Assembly (NCBI RefSeq): GCF_006345805.1
Contig: NC_043000.1
Coordinates: forward strand, 74,090,001 to 74,154,000
DNA length: 64,000 bases
Direction: 5' to 3'
Source: Octopus sinensis
Taxonomy: Eukaryota
A program made the position numbers and the translations under genes. Below, piece after piece: positions 61,295 to 64,000 of this stretch. The notes beneath the pieces are model-generated. The model did not search any database, was not told the origin of the DNA, and saw nothing but the letters and a program-made list of their open reading frames with translations. The number at the start of each line of letters is the position of its first letter. The first letter of the stretch is position 1.

Positions 61295-61950
61295 ATAGAC
61301 TTGAAAAATCTGAGAAAGACAAATTTTAGAGAATAGAGAAGTGGCTGTGTGATAAGACTTTAATAGCTGAGTGAATCAATGAATATAAGGTTATCTTAGG
61401 GAACAACAGGAAGACGAGACTATTGAAAAGTATATTTACATGATGGCATGTTACTGAACTAGAATAATGAAAAGAATAATGATCTGTGCAAGAATAGTAA
61501 GTAGATGAAACGAGGTTGAAAGAAGAAGTTTCTCATCTTATCTGTTCATGAGCGATCCATTATTCTTCGGCAGGGGTTTGAAAGCGAGTGGGAGTCCTGT
61601 ATGCATTTGCTAGTTTATAATAGGGTGATGGTGGTGGAGGAGGTCTAGGCAAAGCAAGTGGTTATCGAAAAAAGGAGACATAGTGAAACATAGGGAGAGA
61701 GACAGAGTTAGTTAGGGAGGGGGGGTCAAGAACATGCAGGAGGAAATATTTTTGAGGGGATCTGACTAGCATAGTTTAAACGAGACAGTAATGTTGATGA
61801 TAGTAAGATAGACTTGAAAAATCTGAGTTCGTCAGACCACCTAAGACAAAGTTTAGAGAATATATTAGTGGCTGTGTGATAAGACTTTAATAACTGAGTG
61901 AATCAATGGATATAAGGTTATCTTAGGGAACAATAGGAAGACGAGACTTA
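61295..61950. repeat. Imperfect ~130-bp direct repeat (61295-61420 and 61808-61950)
   Basis: atagacttgaaaaatctgag...gtggctgtgtgataagactttaa...ggaagacgagact occurs twice. Confidence 0.75.
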
Positions 61951-62073
61951 TATATATAAATATAGGAATGGTCATGTTGCCAGTTTAGCCAATAAAAACA
62001 CATGCACTATATATTTGGTGTTAATTTGCTTCAGCTTTATATATTTTTTACATTAATCTTAATCTTATTTCAG

Positions 62074-62113
62074 CCAGAGTTCTTTCGTCACACTTCTGTG
62101 ACCTCATCAGTGG
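62074..62113 (-). ncRNA. Degenerate minimal hammerhead
   Basis: cca-CTGATGA-ggtcac(agaagt)gtgac-GAAA-gaac-TC-tgg. Confidence 0.55.
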
Positions 62114-62269
62114 TTCTTTGCTTTCTTCTTTCTTATTTGTGTGTCTCTCCTTATTTGTGTGTCTCTCAGCCATTTTGTATTTTGTATTCTTATTGTATGT
62201 GTCTTTATTTGCGCATGCGTATACCTCTATGTGTGTCTATGTTTAGTTAGTGTGTGTGTCTATGTTTAG

Positions 62270-62878
62270 TTAATGTGGCCTCCAAATACTTGATCCACCG
62301 AAACTCAGCTATCGCGGACAATGCCAAATTCAATATTTTGATGGCAGACCTCATCAGAATAATGTGAAATGTGTGACCCGACAGAGTTAAAGAGACACAT
62401 ACAACATTTCGTTCACTGCGTGCAGTTCTCAGATTACAGCCATAAAGAAAGGATCAGAGTATACAAAGGAGATATGAAGAAATTTGATACTATCGTACAT
62501 AACAATAGAAATGGGATTTGCCCACTCTATAGGAGCAAGTCATGGAATACTATTGAAAGGACTAAGAAGGAAATAGGGAAGGCCAACTCTTGGTATGATA
62601 GCCACAAATGCTAGAGTGTCATGTTCGTTGACACCACCCCTAGAGACGAATTGGCGTACCGCTTTATAAGGGCCCTAGACAAACTTAAGCTAAGGATTAA
62701 GGTTGTTGAAAGGCCAGGCAACCCTATCAAATCCCTAATTGGTAGAACCTACCCTTTTAGTAGAACCCCCTGTATGAATAGGAACTGTACTGTGTGTAGA
62801 TTTAGCCCACAAACAAGCTGTAAAGCCAGAAATGTAGTCTATAGTATAAGATGTACAAAAGCAATGAAAACATTTTGA
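62270..62878 (+). pseudogene. Penelope-like element RT C-terminus / linker / start of GIY-YIG
   Basis: FVDTTP..ELA, IKVVERPG, Cys cluster C..C..C, then CKARNVVYSIRC. Confidence 0.7.
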
Positions 62879-64000
62879 CACAAATTAAATTTAAATGTTG
62901 AAGTGAAGCAATCAGTTTTTGTGTTTTCTTAAATGGCTTACAAACATCTTCCACACTTCCATTGTATACACACACACATTACATGGACAACATTTTCAAC
63001 AGAGATGGTACAATTGTATCTGATTCTTCAAGAGCTTCAATTCTGTGTATGTAGATATATTTACTTGATTGCTGACATTTAGCAATGGTTTCTGCCATTA
63101 TGTTGATGCACCATTTTCTGTCATTAATAAAACTGTTGGCATTTTTGATGACATGGGTATGCTAGTAATTAACAATTGAAATGCTTAAACGTGTTTGTAA
63201 ATTTGTGATAAAATTGTAATGTAAAATTACCATCATAATTTAATATTATTTGGTATAATGCACCATTCACATACTCCACAACAACCAATAATTGAGTCAT
63301 AGCTGTTTTTGTAACTTTCATAACCTGGTTCAACAATTTGGTAACTCTGGAATTACTCTTCTCTAAGGCATCTCTTTTATCCTTGTAACAGTTAGCAAGA
63401 GTGCTGTGATACTAGTTATTAGATATGATACCTGCCAGATATTTTAAGCAACTCATTAGTCATTCTTGATGAACCAAAAATTTTCTTTGTATTTTTAATT
63501 GTTTTGTCAATCATACTACTGTCAACTTCAATGGTTAGTCCCTCTTTCAGGTTCACATTTGGAAGGTTTTTTTCTCTCACACATCCTCAAGATTTAGTTG
63601 CCTTTCATAGTAGCATATTCAAGCCCCTTTCTTTTTAGAATCACTAAGTACATGTATACCATTATCCATCTGTACACACTTCTCACCTACATCTTGATTT
63701 TCTCTGATACTCATCTTACAATCTGGACACCTCACCTCTTGTCCTCACACTGTAGAACATTGGCAAATCTTTTCCTTTCTACTTCACCCCTTTGTAAATA
63801 TCATCTAGCTTCTCTTCTAACTACTTAGTCTCTGTAACCCCAAGTTTTCCAATCCTTCCAAGCATATCTCTTCACTTTTAAGGCTTTGTCTATTTTACTG
63901 TTCCATCCCTATGTTACCTTGGGTCTGGCTGGAACTTCACAGCAGCAACAGATATGATTTGTTGCTCTCAGTAGGTTGTCACATAAGATTTTCTAGTTGT

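Noticed and set aside
62880-64000. Possible decayed DNA transposon or LINE remnant
   Set aside because: I could not support any diagnostic motif or terminal pair within the window.

Overview
This window is almost entirely transposon-derived eukaryotic DNA, with no host gene recognisable. The SINE, RTE and Penelope content and the very long (TA)n tracts suggest a coleoid cephalopod such as Octopus, which is an inference. (1) 905-3910 is a ~488-bp tandem array that flips orientation at ~2230, and every complete monomer carries an intact type I hammerhead ribozyme with a long stem II, giving a retrozyme/Penelope-like array. (2) A decayed Helitron and an RTE 3' end follow. (3) 8.5-39 kb is a gap-free head-to-tail train of eight minus-strand L1/Tx1-clade elements: two autonomous families (A, B) and ORF1-only 'half-L1' elements (C), all joined through a TCCAGT motif. 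One ORF1-only copy is massively A-to-G hypermutated with an ADAR-type neighbour bias, so it looks like an RNA-edited transcript fixed in the genome. (4) A Gypsy provirus has its 3' LTR split by two more Tx1 copies inserted at GCAGTT, about 32 bp downstream of the LTR TATA box, which suggests initiator/TSS targeting. (5) Further decayed Gypsy, RTE and Penelope remnants fill the rest. Coordinates were read by eye and element ends may be off by a few bases.
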